53,977 bases of DNA, from assembly GCA_043818535.1 (NCBI GenBank), contig JBDRFS010000057.1, forward strand, positions 1 to 53,977, written 5' to 3'. Below are positions 25,621-34,094 of the stretch, piece after piece (the stretch's first letter is position 1; the number at the start of each line of letters is the position of its first letter). This stretch comes from Candidatus Woesearchaeota archaeon. Its GTDB lineage: Archaea > Nanobdellota > Nanobdellia > SCGC-AAA011-G17 > GW2011-AR17. The notes beneath the pieces are model-generated. The model was not told where the DNA came from, did no database searches, and worked only from the letters and a program-made list of their open reading frames with translations. Made by a program: the position numbers and the translations under genes.

Positions 25621-27210
25621 TTAGGCGGCTTCGCCGCTGGCGGTCGCTTCGCTCCCTAGCACTGCGCGGGAACGGCCATCATTGCCCAAGTTGAGGTTGC
25701 AACTAATACGGAATAGCCCACTATCGTAGTAGAGCGAAGCCGCCCTCTCACGCATTTCACCCCTACTAGTATAAGTATCATCTGAAAAAGGTGGAGTCCA
25801 AACCTTAATGTCTTTTTTAGGCTTGTCACTAATTACTTCAAAAACATCAGTTATTTCTTCTTTAGTATCTTCAGTGCCTAACAAAGCATGGAAAAAATAC
25901 AAGCCCTTGTCCTGGATTAAAACAGTTTTCAAAGGAATATCCAAATATTCAGGTATATCCAAGTCAAGAGGCTGCTGCTCCCTGTCAGACCTATAGTTGT
26001 GGATTATCCTTGAGTTTTCATTATCAGAATTATACTGCAATCTAGTACTGCTCAGCAGCAACCTAGCCTTAAAATCCTTTCTCACAGAATCCAATAAGGT
26101 CCGATTAGCATCCTTATCAGCAGCTATCTGCTTAAACACTTGGTAAAGCTCTGCCATTGAAGGGAACCGCCTTCCATCCTTGACATCGTTCCAGTATTCT
26201 ATCCATTGGTTTTGGGTTTTATATTTTCCATTTTCAGCAGCAACATCATCAAGTGTCAAGATAACAGATGGACTCTTAACGGGTTTTGCAGGCTTATCAT
26301 CTATTACATCTATGCCTAACTTCTCTTTCATCTCTTCAACAAATTTCTTGCCAAAATTGTAATGAGACTTTATGAAACCAGGCTTGATATTCTTCTCTAT
26401 CTTTTCATTAAGCTTCTCAACAGCATGATTAGCAAAAAAGTCAAATATATTCACATCAATTATGGCATCGCCTGTTTCCCTTAAAAGAACTCTTGTTTTC
26501 TTTTCACCTTTTTCTTCAACTACAGTAACATAAGGAAATTTGCCTTTAATTTTAGAATAAACATTCTGCGGGAGGTCAACATAAAGTGCGCCAAGCTCCT
26601 TAAGCCTCTCAATAAATTCAGGGCTTCCAAGATTATTGCCGCTTAATGCTATCCCCAAACCATTGCCAAGCTGGTCCATATAGCCGTTAAACAAATAGTT
26701 CATTACAAAATCTGTCACAATAGGGTCATCCAAGCCAGATTCTGATAAAAGGCTGTTGAAAGGAAGGATTGTATCATAAACTTCCTCCTTGTCATCTCCT
26801 GCATAAAGATATTTTAATCCCTGGAATATGTGATAAGACTGGCTTGTTGAAGTAAAGTTATCCTTTAATAAAAGAATAGTTGCCCTATCAAGAGAGTTTT
26901 TAAAATTAGGCTGCCTTTTCTCCCAAAAGCTGTCCTGAATATCATCATATCTTAAAAGCAAAGGGTCACGGCCAACATACTGCATAGATTTTGAAGCGTG
27001 CTGATTGGCATTAAACTGCTTCAACTGAGGCTCAAGGCATGAAGCCAACTCTGAACTAAAGAGCAAATAATCTAACTTAATACCATCATCCTGCTCCATA
27101 TTACTTAGACATTCTCTCCTTAAAGCTTCCATAGTTTTAACTATCTTAACTAGATTCTTCTTAACATCAGTATCCTTAACCTCTACTGTAAGTTTGTTGG
27201 GAGCCTTCAT
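25621..27210 (-). CDS. DGR variable protein 1 (C-terminal VR, putative C-type-lectin-fold ligand-binding domain)
   Basis: 529 aa. The C-terminus ...RAASLYYDSGLFRISCNLNLGNDGRSRAVLGSEATASGEAA* contains VR1. The last ~190 aa are homologous to the N-terminal ~190 aa of variable protein 2. There is no signal peptide or TM segment. Confidence 0.9.
   Translation of the reverse strand: MKAPNKLTVEVKDTDVKKNLVKIVKTMEALRRECLSNMEQDDGIKLDYLLFSSELASCLEPQLKQFNANQHASKSMQYVGRDPLLLRYDDIQDSFWEKRQPNFKNSLDRATILLLKDNFTSTSQSYHIFQGLKYLYAGDDKEEVYDTILPFNSLLSESGLDDPIVTDFVMNYLFNGYMDQLGNGLGIALSGNNLGSPEFIERLKELGALYVDLPQNVYSKIKGKFPYVTVVEEKGEKKTRVLLRETGDAIIDVNIFDFFANHAVEKLNEKIEKNIKPGFIKSHYNFGKKFVEEMKEKLGIDVIDDKPAKPVKSPSVILTLDDVAAENGKYKTQNQWIEYWNDVKDGRRFPSMAELYQVFKQIAADKDANRTLLDSVRKDFKARLLLSSTRLQYNSDNENSRIIHNYRSDREQQPLDLDIPEYLDIPLKTVLIQDKGLYFFHALLGTEDTKEEITDVFEVISDKPKKDIKVWTPPFSDDTYTSRGEMRERAASLYYDSGLFRISCNLNLGNDGRSRAVLGSEATASGEAA
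25660..25747 (-). repeat. DGR variable repeat 1 (VR1)
   Basis: The reverse complement aligns to the TR over 88 nt with 13 mismatches, all at TR adenines (hand alignment). Confidence 0.92.
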
Positions 27211-28187
27211 TTTTCATCACCAGCTTTAATATCTTCAAATGCTTCAACATCGTCAAGTGCTTCACCTTTTGAGTAAAGACTAAGATGAGCATAAACAGGG
27301 TGAAGGAACTTTTCAACAGCTTCAAGCTTCTCTGCTGTGCTTCTGTCCTTGCATAATATCTTGGCAACTCTGGAATCAAGGTTTGGAACTTCTCCGCTGT
27401 CAAAAACTGCTGACAGCACATACCTCTTGCCATAAAAGCAAAATATGGCTGTATACTTATTGAAGTTTCCTATTTCCTGAAGATTGCTGAAGCACACAGA
27501 CTTGGAAGTCTTGTCTATTTGTGATTCAAGATTAAAAGGCAAGCCTGAATTTTTTTTGCGTCCACCAACCCGCCCTTTGGCGGCTTCGCCGCTGGCGGTC
27601 GCTTCGCTCCCTTGCACCGCGCGGGAACGGCCATAATTGTTCATGATGTTGTAGCAATAAATATGGAATAGCCCATTATTGCAGTCGAGCGAAGCCGCCC
27701 TCACAGGATTGCTATTTCTACTGCCTTGAGAAGGTGTCCAAATCCTAAGGTTATCCTTATTCTTGTTTCCAAGCTTTTCAAGAGCATCCATAATAGCCTC
27801 GCCCTCATCCTTAGTAAGGAAAAGCCCCTGAAAGAATCTCAAGCCTTCATCAGTATTAATAACATCCTTAATAAAGTTACCAGAACTATAGTCCGGAACC
27901 AAAATATTTCTCTTCACAGGCTCAATAACAGTACTACCATAATAATCAATAATTTCAGCATTAAGGCTTGTTGGGCTATAAATTATTCTAGTGCTTGTCA
28001 TTACCCAGTTCTCAAAATCTTCCTGAACGCTTCTCAATAATGCTTCATCACCAGACTTCCCAAGAATATAATAATCCGCAACAGAAGCCATTACTTTTCC
28101 TGCTTCATTATGCTTAGGAATCCAATTGTTCTGAGTAAGATATAAAATTTTGCTTTCTTCCATCCAAGGCAGACTATCCAAAGTCAT
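27207..28187 (-). CDS. DGR variable protein 2 (VR followed by a 123-aa C-terminal extension)
   Basis: 326 aa containing ...RAASLDCNNGLFHIYCYNIMNNYGRSRAVQGSEATASGEAA-KGRVGG... The codon equivalent to the VP1 stop (TAA) is AAA here. There are 4-nt overlaps with both neighbours and no signal peptide. Confidence 0.85.
   Translation of the reverse strand: MTLDSLPWMEESKILYLTQNNWIPKHNEAGKVMASVADYYILGKSGDEALLRSVQEDFENWVMTSTRIIYSPTSLNAEIIDYYGSTVIEPVKRNILVPDYSSGNFIKDVINTDEGLRFFQGLFLTKDEGEAIMDALEKLGNKNKDNLRIWTPSQGSRNSNPVRAASLDCNNGLFHIYCYNIMNNYGRSRAVQGSEATASGEAAKGRVGGRKKNSGLPFNLESQIDKTSKSVCFSNLQEIGNFNKYTAIFCFYGKRYVLSAVFDSGEVPNLDSRVAKILCKDRSTAEKLEAVEKFLHPVYAHLSLYSKGEALDDVEAFEDIKAGDEK
27615..27702 (-). 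repeat. DGR variable repeat 2 (VR2)
   Basis: The reverse complement aligns to the TR over 88 nt with 9 mismatches, all at TR adenines (hand alignment). Confidence 0.92.
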
Positions 28188-29113
28188 TTGTCCACCTCCA
28201 AAGGCTGAATTAAAAGCTGCGCCTCCGGCTTCTCTTTAGCAATATGTGCAAGATTAACATACATCCTAGTTAAGTTAGAATCATGCCTTCCAACTTTATC
28301 ATTCTTCTCCACCCTATAATCCTCAATCTCCTTTTCCAGCTTCTTAACATCAGTATCCAAAAACTTCTCCGTCTTTTGATGGGTAACCTTCTTCCCAACC
28401 TTATAATCCCTGTCATGCCTGTACTCAATATTATAATCAACATTGCTTTCATGCCTATACTCTTCTTTAATCTCATAATGGCTTCCAGCCCAGCATGTAA
28501 TCTGGTTAAATTCCTGAGCAGTAAGCTGTTCCTCTGTCCTCTCCTTTACAGTAACATGCTTCAAAACAGAATCGACACCATACTTCCTCACTTCATCAGG
28601 ATTCTTGTCCAATGCAATAGCAGCAATAGCCTTTGCCCTATCAGAAACAAACTTGTCATCAAGATCCAGTTCCTTTAAAGCATCCCCCTTAAATTCAGCC
28701 CTGCCAGGATCATCTTCATCCCCTTTAGTGAGCTTATTGATAAGATAAGTTTCATAAGTGTTTCTTGCAAGCACCGCCCAGTTAACGCCCTGAACACTTG
28801 TCCCATTATCCTCAACCATGCCATGCTCAAACTCTTTGACTTCATCGTAAAAATCAGCAATCTCATCCAGGGCATCATCAACATCACCCTCACCGGGATT
28901 AGCCAGATAGAACAATAAATTCTGTGGAACTAAAGTCCTGAAAGCCTTGCCCTTGTAAGGCATGTTTATCAAAGCATAGCCAAAAGGGACAGCATCAAAA
29001 TCATTTTCAACAATAATAAACTTTTTGCCCTGCCTTACAGCTTCAGCTACGTCACTGCTAGGTGTTCTCCTTAAAATAACCGCCTTCTGCCTTAACTTCT
29101 GCTCCAGGCTCAT
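28184..29113 (-). CDS. Hypothetical protein of the DGR-target operon
   Basis: 309-aa acidic ORF with 4-nt overlaps on both sides. No family recognised. Confidence 0.6.
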   Translation of the reverse strand: MSLEQKLRQKAVILRRTPSSDVAEAVRQGKKFIIVENDFDAVPFGYALINMPYKGKAFRTLVPQNLLFYLANPGEGDVDDALDEIADFYDEVKEFEHGMVEDNGTSVQGVNWAVLARNTYETYLINKLTKGDEDDPGRAEFKGDALKELDLDDKFVSDRAKAIAAIALDKNPDEVRKYGVDSVLKHVTVKERTEEQLTAQEFNQITCWAGSHYEIKEEYRHESNVDYNIEYRHDRDYKVGKKVTHQKTEKFLDTDVKKLEKEIEDYRVEKNDKVGRHDSNLTRMYVNLAHIAKEKPEAQLLIQPLEVDK

Positions 29114-30666
29114 TTTTCACCATCCGCCATAGATGTTATTGCCTTATATCCCATAACGCTGTCTCCTATATCCTTAATAACACCCCCATATTTAGCCTCA
29201 TCATTGTTGATTATGCCCTTAACTAAAGTCTTCAAAACCCTAACATTCAATTCCTGCCCATAATCTTTAGCTTGCTTGCACGCATAAAATATGTCCCTGC
29301 AAGACAAATGATCGTTGCATTTGACAAGCTCCCTAGCATCAACTTCAGGAGCATAAAGCTTCCAGATTGCTTCCTGCTCTTCTGCTGAAGGCATGCCAAA
29401 ATACAGCTTATGGATAAACCTGTCAATAAAGGGGGCCCTAAGGAAATCAGGATTATTGTCAGTGCCAATAATGTAAACTCCTTCTGGCGGCCTGCTCAAA
29501 ACAGACTGCATATAGCCGGTCTGGCTGTCTTTGTGGCTTAGGACTCCTTTTCTTTCAACAAAAGAGCTTATCTCATCAAAGCACAGCACGCAAGGGGAGA
29601 GCTGCTTGGCCCTCTTAATGACTTTTTCAGTCCTGTCCTTGCTCTCGCCAACCCATTTGCTTTCAAGTTCAGAGCCTTTAAGCAGGATAAAATTATAGCC
29701 ATATTGGCCGGCCAAAGCTTCTGCTGTAACAGTCTTGCCAGTGCCTTTGGGGCCGTAAAAAAGCATTACAGAGCCATTGCTTCTCTCAACAATGGATTCA
29801 AGCAAGGCCTTATGATAGTCATATCCTGCTAAATCACTAAAAGTTACCGCAGGCTCGATAAAAGGCATGTCCCTTATGGCAGAAGGCTTGGTTTTCTTCA
29901 GGCCATATTCCAAGTCCATATACTCAAGCTCATTCCTTTTCTCCCTTTTGGCCTTAGTGAAAGCCCTGTTAAGGACCTGCTTCAAGTCCCTGCCAACATA
30001 CCCATAGCTTACATCAGCAAGCCTCTTCAAATCTCCAACCCTAACCTTAAACTGGTGGTTGCCTTTCCTGTCAGCATGAATGCCAAGTATCTTGTATCTG
30101 CCTTCCCTGTCAGGAGGCATGAATTCTATATCCTCAGCAAACCTTGCCCTTAAAGCCTCATCCATGCTTTCAGGCCTGTTGGAAGTGGCAAGGACAAATA
30201 TCCCGCTATTGTCCTCAACACCGTCAAGCTGTGAAAGAAACAGGGTAAATGCCTGATACTGTGCTGGATCAACTATCTGCCCTCTTGAAGACATGCCGTC
30301 AATTTCGTCAATAAAGGCTATAAGCTTCTTGTCCTTCTGCAAAGCTACTCTCAATTCATTAAAAACCTGCTCTGCCATGCCACTTTTCACTAAAGCTGTT
30401 ACATCATAAAAAGGGATATTAAGCTCAGAAGCAAGAACCATGGCGCCCAAAGTCTTGCCAGTTCCAGGAGGGCCAGAAAGCAAATAATTCCTTGCACCCA
30501 TTTCAGTGCCAAAATCCTCAATATTTGTTATAACAGTTTTCAGGTCTTCAAAATCCTCTTTTAATTTGGGGTGAACATAATAATCTTCACTTTTAACCCT
30601 TAATTCAAGTGGCTTAAGCTGGCTTTTGCCTAAGTCAAGCCCTTTCTCTTTATTGACAGTTATCAT
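29110..30666 (-). CDS. Tandem (two-domain) classic-clade AAA+ ATPase, Cdc48/FtsH-like without an N-domain
   Basis: D1 has Walker A GPPGTGKT and Walker B IAFIDEIDG. D2 has Walker A GPKGTGKT and Walker B VLCFDEISS. Confidence 0.9.
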   Translation of the reverse strand: MITVNKEKGLDLGKSQLKPLELRVKSEDYYVHPKLKEDFEDLKTVITNIEDFGTEMGARNYLLSGPPGTGKTLGAMVLASELNIPFYDVTALVKSGMAEQVFNELRVALQKDKKLIAFIDEIDGMSSRGQIVDPAQYQAFTLFLSQLDGVEDNSGIFVLATSNRPESMDEALRARFAEDIEFMPPDREGRYKILGIHADRKGNHQFKVRVGDLKRLADVSYGYVGRDLKQVLNRAFTKAKREKRNELEYMDLEYGLKKTKPSAIRDMPFIEPAVTFSDLAGYDYHKALLESIVERSNGSVMLFYGPKGTGKTVTAEALAGQYGYNFILLKGSELESKWVGESKDRTEKVIKRAKQLSPCVLCFDEISSFVERKGVLSHKDSQTGYMQSVLSRPPEGVYIIGTDNNPDFLRAPFIDRFIHKLYFGMPSAEEQEAIWKLYAPEVDARELVKCNDHLSCRDIFYACKQAKDYGQELNVRVLKTLVKGIINNDEAKYGGVIKDIGDSVMGYKAITSMADGEK

Positions 30667-31426
30667 TTTCTCCTCCTAAAAATTCGCATTTGCTTGCTTC
30701 ACCCTTAGGGTTTATATACTTTTTCAGTCCAAAATCAGCAAGGCACTTTTTGGCCTTCCTAATGCCATAAGCCTGCTCCAAGGCATAACAGTTATTTGGG
30801 CGTATCAAAGGTGACTGTATCATTCCCTTGTGCTGCAGGCTTTCAGCCAATAGCAGGCCCCTTAAATTATCAACCTTCCCTTCACTTAAAAGCTCCACAT
30901 CTTTGCCGCAGCCCACTGGAAAAACAAGATTGACACGGACAGGCAGGCTTAAGCTGTAAGACAAGCCAAGGATTTCCGGAACATTGTCAAAATTATCCCC
31001 ATATATTGAAGATGTTAGAATCACATTATATTCTTTTTTCATTCTCTCTATATTCTTAACCACTTTAGTAAAAAAAGGCCTTTTGGTAATATGTTCATAA
31101 AGTTCAGAGCTGGCTGCCGGAAGTGAAACCTGCAAGGTTATTTTATCTTTTACTCTTGATTCCAAGCCAAGCAAGCCTTCAGGAATAAACACCGCATTTG
31201 TGGAAACATTAACATCCCTGCCATTACCTGCTATTTGCAACAAAACATCCAGAATCTGCCTGTGCATGAAAGGCTCCCCGCCGCCAATCTCAACAGTATC
31301 AAAATTAGGATTAGACTTGACAATATCCATAATCTTTTCTGCTGAAAGCTCTGCATCATTCTGCTGATAGCAAAATGCGCATTCAAGATTGCATGTGCTG
31401 TTTATGTCTATTGTCAGGATCTTCAT
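30650..31426 (-). CDS. Radical SAM enzyme (small, no recognisable SPASM/accessory domain)
   Basis: Contains CNLECAFCY (CxxxCxxC) at residues about 12-19 and a GGGEP SAM-binding motif. It is the first cistron of the operon and overlaps the AAA+ gene by 17 nt. Confidence 0.85.
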   Translation of the reverse strand: MKILTIDINSTCNLECAFCYQQNDAELSAEKIMDIVKSNPNFDTVEIGGGEPFMHRQILDVLLQIAGNGRDVNVSTNAVFIPEGLLGLESRVKDKITLQVSLPAASSELYEHITKRPFFTKVVKNIERMKKEYNVILTSSIYGDNFDNVPEILGLSYSLSLPVRVNLVFPVGCGKDVELLSEGKVDNLRGLLLAESLQHKGMIQSPLIRPNNCYALEQAYGIRKAKKCLADFGLKKYINPKGEASKCEFLGGENDNCQ

Positions 31427-31466
31427 TTTATCACCATAAAACTTACAAACATGAAGCCCTGAAACC

Positions 31467-31474
31467 TATATAAA
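31467..31474 (-). promoter_or_regulatory. Candidate TATA box for the radical SAM/AAA+/VP operon
   Basis: The minus strand reads AAAGCTTTATATAGG about 41 nt upstream of the ATG at 31426. Confidence 0.3.
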
Positions 31475-31533
31475 GCTTTTGGTGGCGTTGCTACCAGTGA
31501 GTAGCACATAAGGTGGTTTTATTGGGCATAACT

Positions 31534-31579
31534 CAAAAAATACAAAACAAAAGAAACAGCCCGGCTGCCAAAAAAAAGC
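31534..31579 (-). terminator. Recurring T-rich 3'-end element (copy B)
   Basis: The transcript strand after the lon stop reads GCTTTTTTTTGGCAGCCGGGCTGTTTCTTTTGTTTTGTATTTTTTG. Confidence 0.3.
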
Positions 31580-33442
31580 TTACTTGATCTTCCTCAGAAT
31601 ATGCATCTTGCCTTTCCACACAAGAGCCTGCCCAAGAACTTCCTTTATTGTGGATACAGGTATTATCTTAATGCCTTTCAGCTTCTCCTTGCTTATGACC
31701 AAGTCACCCTCGTTTGCCCGGGGGATTATTACTCTTTTTATGCCAGCATCTATTGCTGCCTCAACCTTTGCAGTAACTCCTCCAACAGCAAGAACCCCCC
31801 CCCTGACGGACAATGACCCAGTCATTGCAGTATCCTGCCTGACAGGGATGTTCTTCAATGCCGAGATGATTGATGTTGCAACAGCTATTGAAGCTGAGTC
31901 CCCCTCCACGCCCTCATAGGTCTGTATGAATTGGGTGAATATGTCATACTTCTCTCTCAAATCTTCTCCAAAGTATTTGAGGATAATTGCAGAAACGTTC
32001 TTTATGGCCTCTTTTGCTATTTGTCCCAGCTTTCCAGTGGCTATGAACTCAGTCTTCTTGCCTCCAGGCGTAACCTCAGACTCTATTGGAAGGACTATGC
32101 CTGAATATGCTGAGCCGCCCCCTATAACTGCCAGCCCATTAACCCTGCCCACCATGTTGCCGGTCGTCACTATTACCTCATATTTCTTCTTGTTTTCTAT
32201 GTAGCGGTCAGCCAGCTGCTGTTCTAATGGCCTAGCCAGCTTCTTTGCCTTAAACACGTGTTCCTTAGTGACAATCTTCTTGCCATCTTCTAATGCTAAG
32301 TCACCGGCCGCCCTCACCAATCCCCCTAGCTCCCTCAGCCTGACAGTAAGCTTGCCCTTTGTTGAAGCCATTTTTCTTGCATACTCTATTATTGCATCTA
32401 CAGCATCCCGGTCAAAATGGGGGATCTTTCCGTCCTTAGTTACTTCCTGAGCAACGAATATGGCTAGCTTATCCCTGTTCTCAAGAGTGTTGTCCATAAG
32501 GGTGTTCATGTATATCTCATAACCATAGCCCCTTATCCTTGAACGTAATGCAGGGTGCATTTTCTGTATTGTTTCCAAGTTACCTGCCGCTACCATGATA
32601 AAGGCTGCAGGAACAGGCTCAGACCTTGTCATGGCTCCGGAAGAGCGCTCAGACTGCCCTGTAATAGGATACTTCTTCTCTTGCATTACAGACAACAGCT
32701 CTTGCTGGGAATGCGGGTTTAATGTTGCCACCTCATCTATGAAAAGTACGCCACCATTTGCCCTGTGAATCATGCCAGGGATAAGGCGCAGGTAAGCCGG
32801 AGTTCCTAGACCGCCAGACTGCAGTGGATCATGAAGTACATCCCCTAGAAGGCTCCCAGCATGCGCCCCGGTAGCATCTATAAAAGGGGCTTTCTTCACC
32901 TTTGAATTATCTATCAAAAGTTTTGGCACTTTAGCATTTGAAGATTGGTTAGTCCTCCTGTTGATGTTTATGAATAGCATAAAGCCAAGAACAAATACCA
33001 CGCTTGTAATCATGGAGGCAGCATACACAATTGGGCTGTCAAAAGGGAATATCTTTCTGGAATAGAAATAATAAGGGAGCAAAGTGGCTATGACCACGAG
33101 TATGAGCATAAGGATGTTGATGTTCCTTAAAGAGCCAACAGCCTGCAGCTTGGCCCTTGTGACAATTTCCAAGCCTTGTCCACGGGGCATTGTCCTTACA
33201 AGCGGAATATTGTCGTCCGCAAGGTTAGGAAAAGCCAGAACATCTAGGAGCCTCTCATTTGGCAATAATTCAGCCAATCCCAGCCCAAGCATGCTCTTGC
33301 CAGTTCCAGGGTCTCCTATGAGGAGGACGTTTCTTCTCTGCCTGGCGGCCTTCTTGATTATGTTGACAGCTTCCTCCTGGCCAATTACCTGGTCAACAAC
33401 CCTTTTTGATACCTTTATGTCTTTAGTTGTAGTAAATTTCAT
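31580..33442 (-). CDS. lon: Archaeal membrane-bound Lon protease (LonB)
   Basis: Contains GDPGTGKS (Walker A), two TM helices inserted in the ATPase domain and the proteolytic site [11 protein letters not shown]. Confidence 0.93.
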   Translation of the reverse strand: MKFTTTKDIKVSKRVVDQVIGQEEAVNIIKKAARQRRNVLLIGDPGTGKSMLGLGLAELLPNERLLDVLAFPNLADDNIPLVRTMPRGQGLEIVTRAKLQAVGSLRNINILMLILVVIATLLPYYFYSRKIFPFDSPIVYAASMITSVVFVLGFMLFININRRTNQSSNAKVPKLLIDNSKVKKAPFIDATGAHAGSLLGDVLHDPLQSGGLGTPAYLRLIPGMIHRANGGVLFIDEVATLNPHSQQELLSVMQEKKYPITGQSERSSGAMTRSEPVPAAFIMVAAGNLETIQKMHPALRSRIRGYGYEIYMNTLMDNTLENRDKLAIFVAQEVTKDGKIPHFDRDAVDAIIEYARKMASTKGKLTVRLRELGGLVRAAGDLALEDGKKIVTKEHVFKAKKLARPLEQQLADRYIENKKKYEVIVTTGNMVGRVNGLAVIGGGSAYSGIVLPIESEVTPGGKKTEFIATGKLGQIAKEAIKNVSAIILKYFGEDLREKYDIFTQFIQTYEGVEGDSASIAVATSIISALKNIPVRQDTAMTGSLSVRGGVLAVGGVTAKVEAAIDAGIKRVIIPRANEGDLVISKEKLKGIKIIPVSTIKEVLGQALVWKGKMHILRKIK

Positions 33443-34094
33443 TGCAGATAGTTTATGTTATAAGGCATCAGATATTAAAAGCTTACTGTTGTAAGTTCCT
33501 TCTGGTTAGCAGCTGGTTTGTATTGCGAAAACTCTATTTCTGGCTCTTTTAAAATTATAAGTTCAGGCCGAAGAGACCGCTGCTTCAGCTCGGCGATGAA
33601 AGGCCTCTGCCGCAAAGCGGCACAATGTTGCCTGTTTTTCTTACCTCTTTAGAGTGAGGCTCAGCCAGAAACCCGAACTGTTTCTTCTTGGAAGAATGGC
33701 TCAATACTCCGAAAATTAGCTACTTGACACCACTTGACATGTGTGCGCGCAGCACTTATAAAGTCTTTTTCTTTTTAATCAAGAGTAGTGAGATATTGTA
33801 ACTCAAAAGCGTGGGTAGTGCTTACAATATTGATGCAGGCAGGATAGCAATCATGGTCCAAAGCTAAGGCTTTTGCTCCTTGTGGAACCGTGTTCCTTTT
33901 TTGGGGCAGGAGGCTATGGAAAGATGCTCATTGCACCGCAATGCTTTGTGATGGGTGGGTGCGACCTGAATCAACAGGTCATTAGGATGACCGCGCCTTA
34001 GATGCGGATGATCTCACTTAAAAGTGGGGGAGCGCATAACTCAACGGCTATACTGAGGCACCGTGCCTTTAGGCCGTGAGAGGTCACTTTGTTC

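Noticed and set aside
27176-27433. An 85-aa minus-strand ORF overlaps the VP2 tail and VP1 start.
   Set aside because: It is out of frame with and fully contained in the VP2 extension/VP1 junction. It would break the 4-nt coupled arrangement, and it has no motif.
33500-34094. The GC-rich non-coding tract might be RNase P RNA, SRP RNA or a group II intron 5' end (a GTGCGAC occurs at about 33960).
   Set aside because: I could not find the conserved RNase P P4 strands, the SRP helix-8 GGAA/AGCA motifs, or a domain V-like hairpin. A single GTGCG pentamer is not meaningful. The tract is left as unexplained rather than assigned.
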